From: Thermoanaerobaculia bacterium
GTDB taxonomy: Bacteria > Acidobacteriota > Thermoanaerobaculia > Gp7-AA8
Assembly: GCA_036398925.1 (NCBI GenBank)
Contig: DASWOB010000096.1
Span: 67,285 to 131,284, forward strand
DNA length: 64,000 bases
Direction: 5' to 3'
Below, piece after piece: positions 26,290 through 35,237 of this stretch. The first letter of the stretch is position 1; each line of letters starts with the position of its first letter. The translations under genes were made by a program, and so were the position numbers. Below the pieces are notes generated by a model, which worked only from the letters and a program-made list of their open reading frames with translations, was not told where the DNA came from and made no database searches.

Positions 26290-27030
26290 ATGGAGATCGT
26301 GGCCATCCTCTTCATGCTCCTCGCGGGCGGCGGCCTGGCGGTCTTCACCATGACCGCGTACGCCATCGCCGAGCGGGAGAAGGGGACGCCCGCGGCAGGG
26401 GAGCAGCGGGGCGTGCCGGAGCGCGACCGTATCGCCGCGTCGCTGCTCACCCAGGTCGTCACGCTGGGCGGCCTCTCCGATGACGAAGCGCTGCGGGTGG
26501 TGCGCCGCGGGTCGGGCATCGCCGCCCCGGTGACGCGCGGGATCGACGTCGGCAACTGGGCCGAGGCGTATGCGCGGGTGGCCACGAGCGAGCAGCGGGC
26601 GTCGCTGCTCGAGATCGCGGTGCAGCTGGTCGCCTCGCGGGAGAAAGCGGTCCCGCTGCGGCAGTATTCGGCGCTGCTCGACCTCAGTTTCGGGCTCGGT
26701 TTCCAGACCGATGCCCTGGCGAAGCTGCGGACGCAGTACGGTTTTGACTATGTCGATCACGCCAAGGCGGGGCGGCCGAAGGAGGCCGATCGCGGCGGCG
26801 CGGCGGTGCCGCTGTACGAACGGCGGCCGGCCACGGAACTGCTGACGGTGTTAGGATTGACCGGTTCCCCCTCGCGGCAGGAGCTCACCGCGGCCTACCG
26901 CAAGCTCGTCGCGCAGCATCATCCGGACCGTTTCCACAACGCCACCGATGCGGCCCGAAGCGAGGCCGCGGCGCGCTTCATCGAGATCACCCGGGCCTAC
27001 GAAGAGCTACTTTTGTCGATTCGGGATTGA
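26290..27030 (+). CDS. DjlA-like membrane protein with C-terminal J domain
   Basis: N-terminal TM, C-terminal ELLTVLGLTGSPSRQELTAAYRKLVAQHHPDR (HPD tripeptide). Confidence 0.8.
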   Translation: MEIVAILFMLLAGGGLAVFTMTAYAIAEREKGTPAAGEQRGVPERDRIAASLLTQVVTLGGLSDDEALRVVRRGSGIAAPVTRGIDVGNWAEAYARVATSEQRASLLEIAVQLVASREKAVPLRQYSALLDLSFGLGFQTDALAKLRTQYGFDYVDHAKAGRPKEADRGGAAVPLYERRPATELLTVLGLTGSPSRQELTAAYRKLVAQHHPDRFHNATDAARSEAAARFIEITRAYEELLLSIRD

Positions 27031-27296
27031 TCTTCTGCAAAAGGGTCTGTATGATCCGCCGGTTGGGAATAGGGGTAGTTCACGGGTTGTTCACAGCCCT
27101 CCCTTCCAGTAGACCTTAAGTTTCTCTTCGAGACGAGTCACTTCGAGGACGTACGTGTCCGGGCAGGATGACGGGCATGGGCGTCCGCTTCGCCTGTCCG
27201 GCGAGGCGGGATACAGGCGGCGACTCTCGCTAATCCGTTGGTGCGGCACGATTTGGACGGATGTGTCGCCCCTCGCGTAACTAATTTATTTGCTCG

Positions 27297-27316
27297 TGCA
27301 TCTAATGATGCATCGC
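27297..27316. promoter_or_regulatory. Dyad TGCATC-N8-GATGCA overlapping putative ECF-type promoter (GTAAC-N17-CATCTAA) upstream of the ECF sigma gene
   Basis: gtgcatctaatgatgcatcg read directly; promoter assignment tentative. Confidence 0.4.
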
Positions 27317-27360
27317 GGCACGAAGGTTGAAGTTTTGTACTCGCTGCACGGGAGACACCG

Positions 27361-28134
27361 ATGAAGAGCGCCGAAGCGTACGAGCACGAACAGGGATGGG
27401 ACTTCGAAAAGGCAGCGATGCCTTACGTCGATTCCCTGTACAACACCGCGTACCGGATGACCCGCAACTCCGAGGATGCGGAAGACCTCGTCCAGGAAAC
27501 GTATCTCAAGGCTTACAAGTACTACGACAAGTTCGAAGAGGGAACGAACTTCAAGGCGTGGCTCTTCAAGATCATGAAGAACACGTTCATCAACAATTAC
27601 CGGAAGAAGAAGCTCACCCCTCACAAGATCGACTTCTCGGAAATCGAAGAGTCGTACGAGCGGGTGATCCAGAAGAACGCGCCCGACCTGATCAAGGACC
27701 CGGAGAGCGAGATCTTCCAGGACATGATGGACGCGGACGTCAAGCGCGCCCTCGACTCGCTGCCGCACGACTACAAGATGGTGGTCCTGCTCGCGGACAT
27801 CGAAGGCTTCTCCTACAAGGAGATCGCCGAGATCCTCGATTGCCCGGTCGGCACCGTGATGTCGCGTCTGTATCGCGGCCGCAAGATGCTGGAGCGGACG
27901 CTGCTCGAGTACGCCCGCAAGTACGGCTACATCCGCGGCGAAGCGGAGCCGGCCAAGATGCGCTCGCGCAAAGACGAGACGAAGGGCCGGAAGAAGAAGG
28001 ACGACGACACTGCACCTGCCGAGGTCGACGAGACCGAGGAGCCGGAAAGCGAAGAAGCGGTCCTCTTTGCCGACGACGAGGAGTTCGAGTTCGAAGTCGA
28101 GGAAGAGGAAGAAGAGCAGTTCGAAGTCGAGTAA
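27361..28134 (+). CDS. ECF (group IV) sigma-70 factor with ~70-aa acidic C-terminal extension
   Basis: Region 2/4 motifs DLVQETYLKAYK, VVLLADIEGFSYKEIAEIL..GTVMSRLYRGR; local GC markedly lower than surroundings. Confidence 0.9.
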   Translation: MKSAEAYEHEQGWDFEKAAMPYVDSLYNTAYRMTRNSEDAEDLVQETYLKAYKYYDKFEEGTNFKAWLFKIMKNTFINNYRKKKLTPHKIDFSEIEESYERVIQKNAPDLIKDPESEIFQDMMDADVKRALDSLPHDYKMVVLLADIEGFSYKEIAEILDCPVGTVMSRLYRGRKMLERTLLEYARKYGYIRGEAEPAKMRSRKDETKGRKKKDDDTAPAEVDETEEPESEEAVLFADDEEFEFEVEEEEEEQFEVE

Positions 28135-28339
28135 CGATCCACGACGTCGTTCAACCGGGAGCAGGGGCCGCGAGGTCTCTGCTCCTTTCCGTTTTATGGC
28201 GGACCGATTGCAGTAGGCGCGAGCGGAGTCAACTTCAGTCAGGTGACGTCAGCGATTTCGGAAGGAATTCGCCCTTCGGCAGAGCAGTTGGATGTCGATG
28301 TGACTCGCCACCATTTTGTCACCGGAAGGAAAGCATTGA

Positions 28340-28576
28340 ATGCTTTGTGACGATGTCCGCCGCGTGGTGTACTTCTTCCTCGATGGGTCTCTCGCTGACG
28401 GTAAGCAGAAAGACCTTCGCAGTCATCTCAGCCGTTGTCCCGATTGCGACCAGCGCATCGGCGTGCAGAAGCGGCTGCGGAACTTCGTGAAGACGCGCCT
28501 CTCGCCCGTCTCCGCGCCCGAACGCCTCAAGCTCCGGGTTACCCGCGCCCTGCGCGCGATCTGCGCGACCGACTAG
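28340..28576 (+). CDS. Zinc-binding anti-sigma factor (ZAS, HxxxCxxC)
   Basis: HLSRCPDCDQR motif, 78 aa, downstream of ECF sigma. Confidence 0.7.
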   Translation: MLCDDVRRVVYFFLDGSLADGKQKDLRSHLSRCPDCDQRIGVQKRLRNFVKTRLSPVSAPERLKLRVTRALRAICATD

Positions 28577-28588
28577 AATCCGCGCGAC

Positions 28589-29182
28589 GTGCCGAAGACG
28601 AAGCAACAGCCGGAGGATCAACTGATCCTCGTCTCCTCGAATCCCAACAAGGGGATCGAAGCCGAGCGCATCCTCGGCATGCGGGTCCTCCGGGTAGCCA
28701 TGCCGCTGCCGGAGATCCAGGCCGCCACGGTCGAAGAGATCACCCGCTACAAGCTCGACGTGGCCCGCACCAAGAGCTACGGCCGCCTGATCGTCGAGGA
28801 CGTCTCGCTCGGCTTCGACGCCCTCGGCAATTTCCCCGGACCGTATGTGCGCTGGCTGCTCGAGGCCGCCGGCGGCAAGGGGCTGGCCGCCATCGCCTAC
28901 GCGCTCAACGACCGCGCTGCACGGGCGCAGTGCTGCGTCGGCTACTGGAACGGCCGCGAGGCGAAGATGTTCATCGGCGAGACGGCGGGGCAGATCCTCG
29001 TCGAGCCGCGCGGCGAGCGTCACTTCGGATGGGACGCCTGGTTTCAGCCGGGCGGCAGCGACAAGACCTTCGCGCAGATGAGCGACGACGATAAGGATGC
29101 GCTTTCCCATCGCGGCAAGGCCTACCGCAAGCTCGGCGAGCACCTCCGTGCCGAAAACGGCGCCTCCACGGGACGGCGTTGA
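28589..29182 (+). CDS. rdgB: Non-canonical purine NTP pyrophosphatase (Ham1/RdgB family)
   Basis: LILVSSNPNKGIE, FGWDAWFQP, ITPase fold motifs. Confidence 0.85.
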   Translation: MPKTKQQPEDQLILVSSNPNKGIEAERILGMRVLRVAMPLPEIQAATVEEITRYKLDVARTKSYGRLIVEDVSLGFDALGNFPGPYVRWLLEAAGGKGLAAIAYALNDRAARAQCCVGYWNGREAKMFIGETAGQILVEPRGERHFGWDAWFQPGGSDKTFAQMSDDDKDALSHRGKAYRKLGEHLRAENGASTGRR

Positions 29183-29363
29183 ACGGAAAAGCGGACAGTC
29201 GTCGTTACCGTTTCGGCACCAGATCCCGCAGCGCTTTCCGTAAACCCCACGTATCTATACACATCGACCTTGCCGGACGCCGCCGCGCGGTCTGGCAGGT
29301 TGCTTGAACTAGTAGAAAGGCGTGCGCGTCATCGTGGCGAGCACACGACGAAAGGACAAGCCA

Positions 29364-29537
29364 ATGTGGGTTTACGACGGGGAAGAGTGGACGCAGGAAG
29401 GCGGCAGCGAGCAGCGGACGCGGACCGAAGCGCCGCGCCCTCAGTGGGCCGACGAATTCGTCCCTGAGCTGCAGGTGATCGAGGTGCACATTCCGACCAC
29501 CAGGCACATCCCGCCTTTTCCCGCGACACAGCCGTGA
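29364..29537 (+). CDS. Small hypothetical protein (58 aa; alternative start 29322)
   Basis: AAGGA SD 7 nt upstream of ATG 29364; followed by plus-strand intrinsic terminator. Confidence 0.4.
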   Translation: MWVYDGEEWTQEGGSEQRTRTEAPRPQWADEFVPELQVIEVHIPTTRHIPPFPATQP

Positions 29538-29561
29538 GTTTTTTCGCGCGAGGTTCGAGGA

Positions 29562-29587
29562 AAGCCGCGCCACAGCGCGGCTTTTTC
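29562..29587 (+). terminator. Intrinsic terminator (gccgcgc-caca-gcgcggc + TTTTT)
   Basis: Hairpin followed by T-run on plus strand. Confidence 0.7.
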
Positions 29588-30389
29588 ATTTGGCATAGCG
29601 CGTGAGGAAGTCACGCAGGATCGGCTCGACCGAGTCGGAGGCGACGTTGAAGATCCGGTCGGCGTGGTAGTTCCCCTCGATCTCCAGGATGTGCAGCTCC
29701 TTCGGCTCGCTCGCGTGCTCGTACAGCGCCACCGAATGATGGTGACTGATCAGCCAGTCGTTCTTCACGTGGATGAAGCAGAGCGGCACGTGCACCTGCT
29801 CGACGTCGTCCAGCGCTTTCAGTTTTGCGCTGCTCTTCAGCCGCCACGCGAAGCGCGGACGCTTGAGCGCCTGCGCGAAGGCGATGTGCCGGTGGATGGT
29901 GAACGGATTGATCTTCGGCGCGATCATTTCGAAATCAGCCACCGGTGAGATCAGCAACGCGCAGGTGACCGGCAACTGGTGCCGGGCGATGGTGGAGATG
30001 GCGATCGCGCCGCCGTACGAGAAGCCGATCAGTGCGATCGAGCAGATCGTGCCGTTGCGCAGCAGGTCGTGCGCCACCGCCGCGACGTCGTGGTGCTCGT
30101 TGAGGTTGAAGCCGTACGTCCCTTCGCTATCGCCATGTCCGCGCACGTCGACCACCGCGGCACGGTAGCCCATCCCCACCAGGAACTGCGCGAGCCGCAC
30201 CATCGAGGGATGACGGCGGTCGCGCCAGAAGCCCGGCACGACGATGACCAGGGCCGGCGACGGCGCGTCATAGACGTCGTACCAGATGATCGTGCCGTCC
30301 GACGACGGAACTTTCGACAGTTTCGGCTCGGGGATGGGGGGCACGGGCGAGAGGCTGTGACTTGACATCGCTGGGAGCACCTTTATCAT
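29586..30389 (-). CDS. Alpha/beta-hydrolase fold protein
   Basis: GFSYGG nucleophile elbow, VVDVRGHGDSEG; start MIKVLPAM (or MSSHS at 30368). Confidence 0.8.
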   Translation of the reverse strand: MIKVLPAMSSHSLSPVPPIPEPKLSKVPSSDGTIIWYDVYDAPSPALVIVVPGFWRDRRHPSMVRLAQFLVGMGYRAAVVDVRGHGDSEGTYGFNLNEHHDVAAVAHDLLRNGTICSIALIGFSYGGAIAISTIARHQLPVTCALLISPVADFEMIAPKINPFTIHRHIAFAQALKRPRFAWRLKSSAKLKALDDVEQVHVPLCFIHVKNDWLISHHHSVALYEHASEPKELHILEIEGNYHADRIFNVASDSVEPILRDFLTRYAK

Positions 30390-30612
30390 AGCGCCGCGCT
30401 TCGGCAGTCCCGGCCGTTCGCGGTGCCCCGGATCAAATCCCCCAGTTCGTTCCCCAATTTTCGTGCCTCTGCACGAAGTGATTTCAGGAAGACCATACGC
30501 AAAGGAAGGTGAGTCGGGCACTTCCCCAGTACTTCCGAAACGCATCACCAATCCCGTTCGACATCAAAGAATCAGGCTGCAAGGCCTGAAAAACGTTAGG
30601 AGAATCACGCAT

Positions 30613-30909
30613 ATGAAGAAGTCCCTCGTCGTCACCCTCGTTGCCATCCTCGCCCTCTCGCTGTTCGCCGTTTCCTGCAAGAAGGAAGAGGCCACCACCG
30701 ACACCGCCGTGACCGACACCTCGATGACCGCCGGCGACACCGCCGCGGTTGCGACCGACACGATGGCCACCGACACGATGTCGACCGACACGATGTCGAC
30801 CGACACGTCGGCCACCGGCACCGTCTCGACCACCGACACGTCGGCCACCGGCACGATCTCGACCACCGACAGCTCGGTCAGCGGTACGGTCTCGACGACC
30901 ACCACCTAG
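30613..30909 (+). CDS. Small lipoprotein with T/D/S-rich (M/S)TDT repeats, paralog 1
   Basis: Lipobox LFAVSC; repeats TDTMSTDTMSTDTSATGT. Confidence 0.7.
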   Translation: MKKSLVVTLVAILALSLFAVSCKKEEATTDTAVTDTSMTAGDTAAVATDTMATDTMSTDTMSTDTSATGTVSTTDTSATGTISTTDSSVSGTVSTTTT

Positions 30910-30936
30910 TCTTTCAGCAGTTCAGCAGTACCGGAA

Positions 30937-30963
30937 GGCCCCGCTTCGGCGGGGCCTTTTTTT
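30937..30963 (+). terminator. Intrinsic terminator (ggccccgc-ttcg-gcggggcc + T7)
   Basis: Perfect GC hairpin followed by ttttttt. Confidence 0.85.
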
Positions 30964-31038
30964 GTTCCTCGGGTTCCTCGGGTTCCTAGGCACCAACCGA
31001 CGTCCTGCCGAGGAACTCCGAGGAACCCGAGGAACCGC
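30964..31038. repeat. Hairpin element, GTTCCTCGG family (copy 2)
   Basis: gttcctcgggttcctcgggttcctagg - loop caccaaccgacgtcctg - ccgaggaactccgaggaacccgaggaacc. Confidence 0.85.
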
Positions 31039-31253
31039 TCCTTGCGTCTCGCGCAAAAGGCACGCGCGTTGCTTTGCACTACGTGCTGTACGCCCTCGCC
31101 CATGATGGGGGTGTCTTTTCCCAACCGAAATGGTTTTCTCCGGGGCGCCCCCGGAGTCAAAGAGAACGGTGAGGAGGTGACGCTGGCAGCCCGGAGCAAA
31201 CGCACTCGACTTCCAAGACTGCGAATTGCGAGACCTAAGAGAGGAAAAATCGA

Positions 31254-31568
31254 ATGGCGAAAAAGTTTCTTGTTCTTCTGACCGTGATGGCTCTCATGAC
31301 GTTCGTTGCCTGTAAGGGCGATGAATCGGCGACCGCGACCGACACCGGCGCGACCGACACCGCGATGACCGACACCTCGGCCACGATGAGCACCACTGAC
31401 ACCGGTACCACCATGTCCACCGACACGATGTCCACCGATACGTCGATGACCGGCACCGCCGGCACCACCGACACGTCGATGACCGGCACCGGCACGACCG
31501 ACACCTCGATGACCGGCACCTCCGGCACGTCGACCACGTCGGGCACCGGCAGCACGACGACGACCTAG
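31254..31568 (+). CDS. Small lipoprotein with T/D/S-rich TDT repeats, paralog 2
   Basis: Lipobox FVACKG; TDTGATDTAMTDTSATMSTTDT repeats. Confidence 0.7.
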   Translation: MAKKFLVLLTVMALMTFVACKGDESATATDTGATDTAMTDTSATMSTTDTGTTMSTDTMSTDTSMTGTAGTTDTSMTGTGTTDTSMTGTSGTSTTSGTGSTTTT

Positions 31569-32218
31569 CTTTGTTCCGGTGCAGCGCGTGGCAAGGCGCG
31601 CTGCACCAGCTCTTCGCGCAGCTTCGCGTAGACCTCGCCCACCGCGCGCCGGGTCTCCTCGCGATCCCCACTGTTGACGATCACGAAGTCCGCCGCGGCC
31701 AGCCGCTCGTCGCGCGCCATCTGATGTGCCATCCGGCGCGCCGCTTCATCCTCGATCATCCCCCGTCCCACCGCCCGCGCGAGCTGCAGCTCCGGCGGGA
31801 CGTCGACGACGATGATCCGGTCGTACCGCGCTTTGCCGCCCGCCTCGAGCAGCAGCGTCGCCTCGACGATGACGATGGCGTGCTCGCGCGAGGCCGTCAG
31901 CTCCGCGGTCATCCGCTCTTCCTCCGCGAGTACGATCGGATGAATGAGCGCGTTCAGTTTCTTCGCTTCGTCGGCGCTCGAGAACGCGATGGCGGAGAGC
32001 CGCGCCCGATCGATCTGGCCGTCCTCGCGCACGATCGCATCGCCGTAGGTGGCGACGAGCGCGCGATGACCGGCGTTGCCGGGCTGGTAGAGATGGGCGA
32101 CGACCTTGTCGGCGTCGATGGTGATGGCGCCGAGCTCCGCGAACATCGAGGCCACGGTCGACTTGCCGCTGGCGATGCCGCCGGTTAAACCGACGCGCAG
32201 GCCGGCCCGGGGGATCAC
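31565..32218 (-). CDS. coaE: Dephospho-CoA kinase
   Basis: Walker A GLTGGIASGKST, 217 aa. Confidence 0.9.
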   Translation of the reverse strand: MIPRAGLRVGLTGGIASGKSTVASMFAELGAITIDADKVVAHLYQPGNAGHRALVATYGDAIVREDGQIDRARLSAIAFSSADEAKKLNALIHPIVLAEEERMTAELTASREHAIVIVEATLLLEAGGKARYDRIIVVDVPPELQLARAVGRGMIEDEAARRMAHQMARDERLAAADFVIVNSGDREETRRAVGEVYAKLREELVQRALPRAAPEQS

Positions 32219-33168
32219 CGCCCGCGTCTCCTCTGCGCGGCGGTGACGGTGTTCTGCATCAGCATGGCGATGGTCATCGGCCCGACGCCGCCCGGCACCG
32301 GCGTGATCCAGGAGGCGATCTCTTTCGCACGGGCAAAGTCGACGTCGCCGAGAAGCACCGTGCCGTTCCTGGCGAGCAGGCGCGATTTGTCTGGGTCATG
32401 CGCGATCCGCTCCGCGAAACCGGGGCCGACGCGATTCATCCCGACGTCGATGACGATCGCGCCCGGCTTGATCATCTCCGCGGTCACGTGGATCGGCCGG
32501 CCGATCGCGGCCACCAGGATGTCGGCCTGGCTGGCGATCGCGGCCAGGTCGCGCGTGCGCGAGTGGCAGATCGTCACCGTCGCGTTGTGCTGCAGCAGGA
32601 GCGCGGCCATCGGCTTGCCGACGATATCGCTGCGGCCGATCACCACCGCGTGTTTGCCGTCGATCGTCTCGCCGGTGGATTGAATGAGGCGGATCACGCC
32701 GGCGGGGGTGCAGGGGGCGAGGGTGGTGCGGCCCTGATGGAGCAGGCCGACGGAGGTCGGCGAAAAGCCGTCGACGTCTTTGCGCGGGTCGATGGCGTCG
32801 ATCACTTTCCGCGAGTCGATGTGCTTCGGCAGCGGGAGCTGGACGAGGATGCCGTCGATGCCGTCGTCGGCGTTGAGCCGGGCCACCTCGGCCAGGAGCT
32901 CCGCTTCCGACATCGTCTCGGGGTGGATCAGCTCCGTGCCGGTGATGCCGAGCTCGCCCGCTTTTTTTGCCTTGCTGCGGACATAAATCTCGGAGGCGGG
33001 ATCGTTACCCACCCGCACGGCAACGAGTCCGGGCCGGTAATCCAGCGTGGAGATGCTGGCGGCCACTTCGGTTTCGAGCTGCTGGGCGACGGCTTTTCCG
33101 TCGATGAGGCGTGCGGTCACGGCGGCGCTTCTATCACAGCGGAAGCACGGGAATGAACGCGTTGACAC
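32215..33168 (-). CDS. folD: Bifunctional methylenetetrahydrofolate dehydrogenase/cyclohydrolase (true start probably GTG near 33120)
   Basis: [18 protein letters not shown] motifs; N-terminal 16 aa of ORF probably not translated. Confidence 0.88.
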   Translation of the reverse strand: MSTRSFPCFRCDRSAAVTARLIDGKAVAQQLETEVAASISTLDYRPGLVAVRVGNDPASEIYVRSKAKKAGELGITGTELIHPETMSEAELLAEVARLNADDGIDGILVQLPLPKHIDSRKVIDAIDPRKDVDGFSPTSVGLLHQGRTTLAPCTPAGVIRLIQSTGETIDGKHAVVIGRSDIVGKPMAALLLQHNATVTICHSRTRDLAAIASQADILVAAIGRPIHVTAEMIKPGAIVIDVGMNRVGPGFAERIAHDPDKSRLLARNGTVLLGDVDFARAKEIASWITPVPGGVGPMTIAMLMQNTVTAAQRRRGR

Positions 33169-33373
33169 TCCGGTTCGGCAGTGTTACCGTTTCAACCCCC
33201 TTCCCCCCGGGGAAGGTCTGTTCTTACATCGAAGTGACTTGCGGCGCTTGCGGTCCACACCTGCGCCGCCGGTTTCATCAGGCAGTGAATTTTGTCGGTT
33301 GCTCGTTGTCCGTTCCCGAGCCCCAACGGACACGCGACAACGGACGCCAGACAAAACGAGTTCAGGGAGAGTC

Positions 33374-33808
33374 ATGCGTACCTATTTTCCCAAGCAGGGC
33401 GATATCCAGCCGCGCTGGTTCGTGATCGATGCGGAGGGCCTGGTTCTGGGCCGTCTGTCGACCACGATTGCGAACATCATTACGGGGAAGGCGAAGCCGA
33501 CGTATACGCCCTTCCTCGATACCGGCGATCACGTGATCGTGATCAATGCCGAAAAGATCCGCCTCACCGGTAAGAAAGAGACGGACAAGATCTACCGCCA
33601 TCACTCGCTCTATCCGGGCGGCCTCAAGGAGCGCGCGGCCCGTTTCGTGCGCGCGGAGAAGCCGGAATCGATGATCGAGGAAGCGGTGTGGGGCATGCTG
33701 CCGAAGAACAAGCTCGGCCGGAAAATGCTGAAGAAGTTGAAGGTCTATCGCGGCACGAACCATCCGCATGCGGCTCAGCAGCCGGAGCGGTACAACGTCA
33801 GCGAGTAA
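33374..33808 (+). CDS. rplM: 50S ribosomal protein L13
   Basis: [28 protein letters not shown]. Confidence 0.95.
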   Translation: MRTYFPKQGDIQPRWFVIDAEGLVLGRLSTTIANIITGKAKPTYTPFLDTGDHVIVINAEKIRLTGKKETDKIYRHHSLYPGGLKERAARFVRAEKPESMIEEAVWGMLPKNKLGRKMLKKLKVYRGTNHPHAAQQPERYNVSE

Positions 33809-33824
33809 TCACAGGAGGATTCCC

Positions 33825-34217
33825 TTGGCTTTGGTCGAATATTACGGAACTGGCAGACGGAAGACCTCGACGGCGCGCGTGCACCTGCGCCCCGGCGCTG
33901 GCGCGATCACGGTGAACCGCCGCTCGCTCGACAACTACTTCGGCAACGAAGTGCTCAAGATGATCATCAAGCAGCCGCTCTCGCTGACCGAGACGGTCGA
34001 CAAGTTCGACATCGTCGTCACGGTCGACGGCGGTGGTCCGACCGGCCAGGCCGGCGCGATCCGTCACGGCATCTCGCGCGCCCTGCAGGTCTACAACATG
34101 GAACTGCGCAAGCGCCTCAAGAAGGCCGGCCTGCTGACCCGCGATCCTCGCATGAAGGAGCGCAAGAAGTACGGTCAGAAGGGTGCCCGCGCCCGCTTCC
34201 AGTTCTCGAAGCGCTAA
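33825..34217 (+). CDS. rpsI: 30S ribosomal protein S9 (TTG start)
   Basis: AGGAGG SD 5 nt upstream of TTG; ...[19 protein letters not shown]...[17 protein letters not shown]. Confidence 0.93.
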   Translation: MALVEYYGTGRRKTSTARVHLRPGAGAITVNRRSLDNYFGNEVLKMIIKQPLSLTETVDKFDIVVTVDGGGPTGQAGAIRHGISRALQVYNMELRKRLKKAGLLTRDPRMKERKKYGQKGARARFQFSKR

Positions 34218-34353
34218 CCGGTTCCCGATGCTTCGTTTCACTTAAGGTTTCGATCGAACGGCAGGAGCGTTTCGCGCTTCTGTCGTTTTTGTTTTTGTGG
34301 CTGTTTTTCTCGATTCATCAATTCTAATTCTCAATTTTCAAAGGAGGGTTCAC

Positions 34354-35157
34354 TTGGCGGTCTCTATCACAATGAAAGAGCTTTTGGAGGCTGGCGTCCA
34401 CTTCGGTCATCAGACCAAGCGCTGGAACCCGAAGATGAAGAAGTACATCTTCGGCAAGCGCAACGGGATCTACATCATTGACCTGCAGAAGACGCTCAAG
34501 CTCTTTAAGGAAGCTTCCGGGTTCATTTCCGACCTCGCCTCGCAGGGCAAGCGCATCCTGTTCATCGGGACCAAGCGTCAGGCGCAGGATGCCATTCTCG
34601 AAGAAGCCAACCGCTGCGGCATGTTCTACGTGAACAACCGCTGGCTGGGCGGCACGCTCACCAACTTCACGACGGTCCGCAAGTCGATCGAGCGGCTCAA
34701 GGAAATCGAGTCGATCCTCGGCGACACCGAAAAGGAAATGTCGAAGAAGGAGCGCGCCAACCTCGACAAGGAGCGCGACAAGCTCCAGAAGAACCTCATC
34801 GGGATCCGCGAGATGGACGGCCTTCCGGATGCGCTCTTCGTGATCGATCCGAAGAAGGAATACATCGCGGTCCAGGAAGCGAAGAAGCTCAAGATCCCGG
34901 TCGTCGCCATCGTCGACACCAACTGCGATCCGGAAGACATCGACTATGTCATCCCGGGCAATGACGACGCGATCCGCGCGATCCGTCTGTTCACGCAGAA
35001 GATTGCCGACGCGGTCCTCGAGGGTTACAACCTCGCCGAGGAGCGTTACATCGGCGTCGAGGACAAGGGCGAGACCACGTTGCCCGATCTGCCGGCCGCC
35101 GCTGCTGCTGACGCCGGCGCTACCGCTTCCGAGCCGATGGCTGCTCCGGCAGTCTGA
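34354..35157 (+). CDS. rpsB: 30S ribosomal protein S2 (TTG start)
   Basis: AAGGAGGG SD then TTG; (M)[27 protein letters not shown]. Confidence 0.93.
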   Translation: MAVSITMKELLEAGVHFGHQTKRWNPKMKKYIFGKRNGIYIIDLQKTLKLFKEASGFISDLASQGKRILFIGTKRQAQDAILEEANRCGMFYVNNRWLGGTLTNFTTVRKSIERLKEIESILGDTEKEMSKKERANLDKERDKLQKNLIGIREMDGLPDALFVIDPKKEYIAVQEAKKLKIPVVAIVDTNCDPEDIDYVIPGNDDAIRAIRLFTQKIADAVLEGYNLAEERYIGVEDKGETTLPDLPAAAAADAGATASEPMAAPAV

Positions 35158-35237
35158 TCCGACTCTGTCAATCCATGGGGACGCCCGCCAACCGGCGCGG
35201 CGTCCTTGCATTCCCCACAATCGAGAAGAGGTTTCGT

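Noticed and set aside
25584-26585. 333-aa minus ORF
   Set aside because: It is antisense to queD-DUF1802-djlA, which have recognisable motifs and coupled starts.
28265-28276. GAATTCGCCCTT 12-mer identical to the TOPO-vector cloning junction, in the sigma/anti-sigma spacer
   Set aside because: An isolated 12-mer in otherwise native-looking, continuous sequence is most likely coincidence. It is flagged only so that vector contamination can be excluded.
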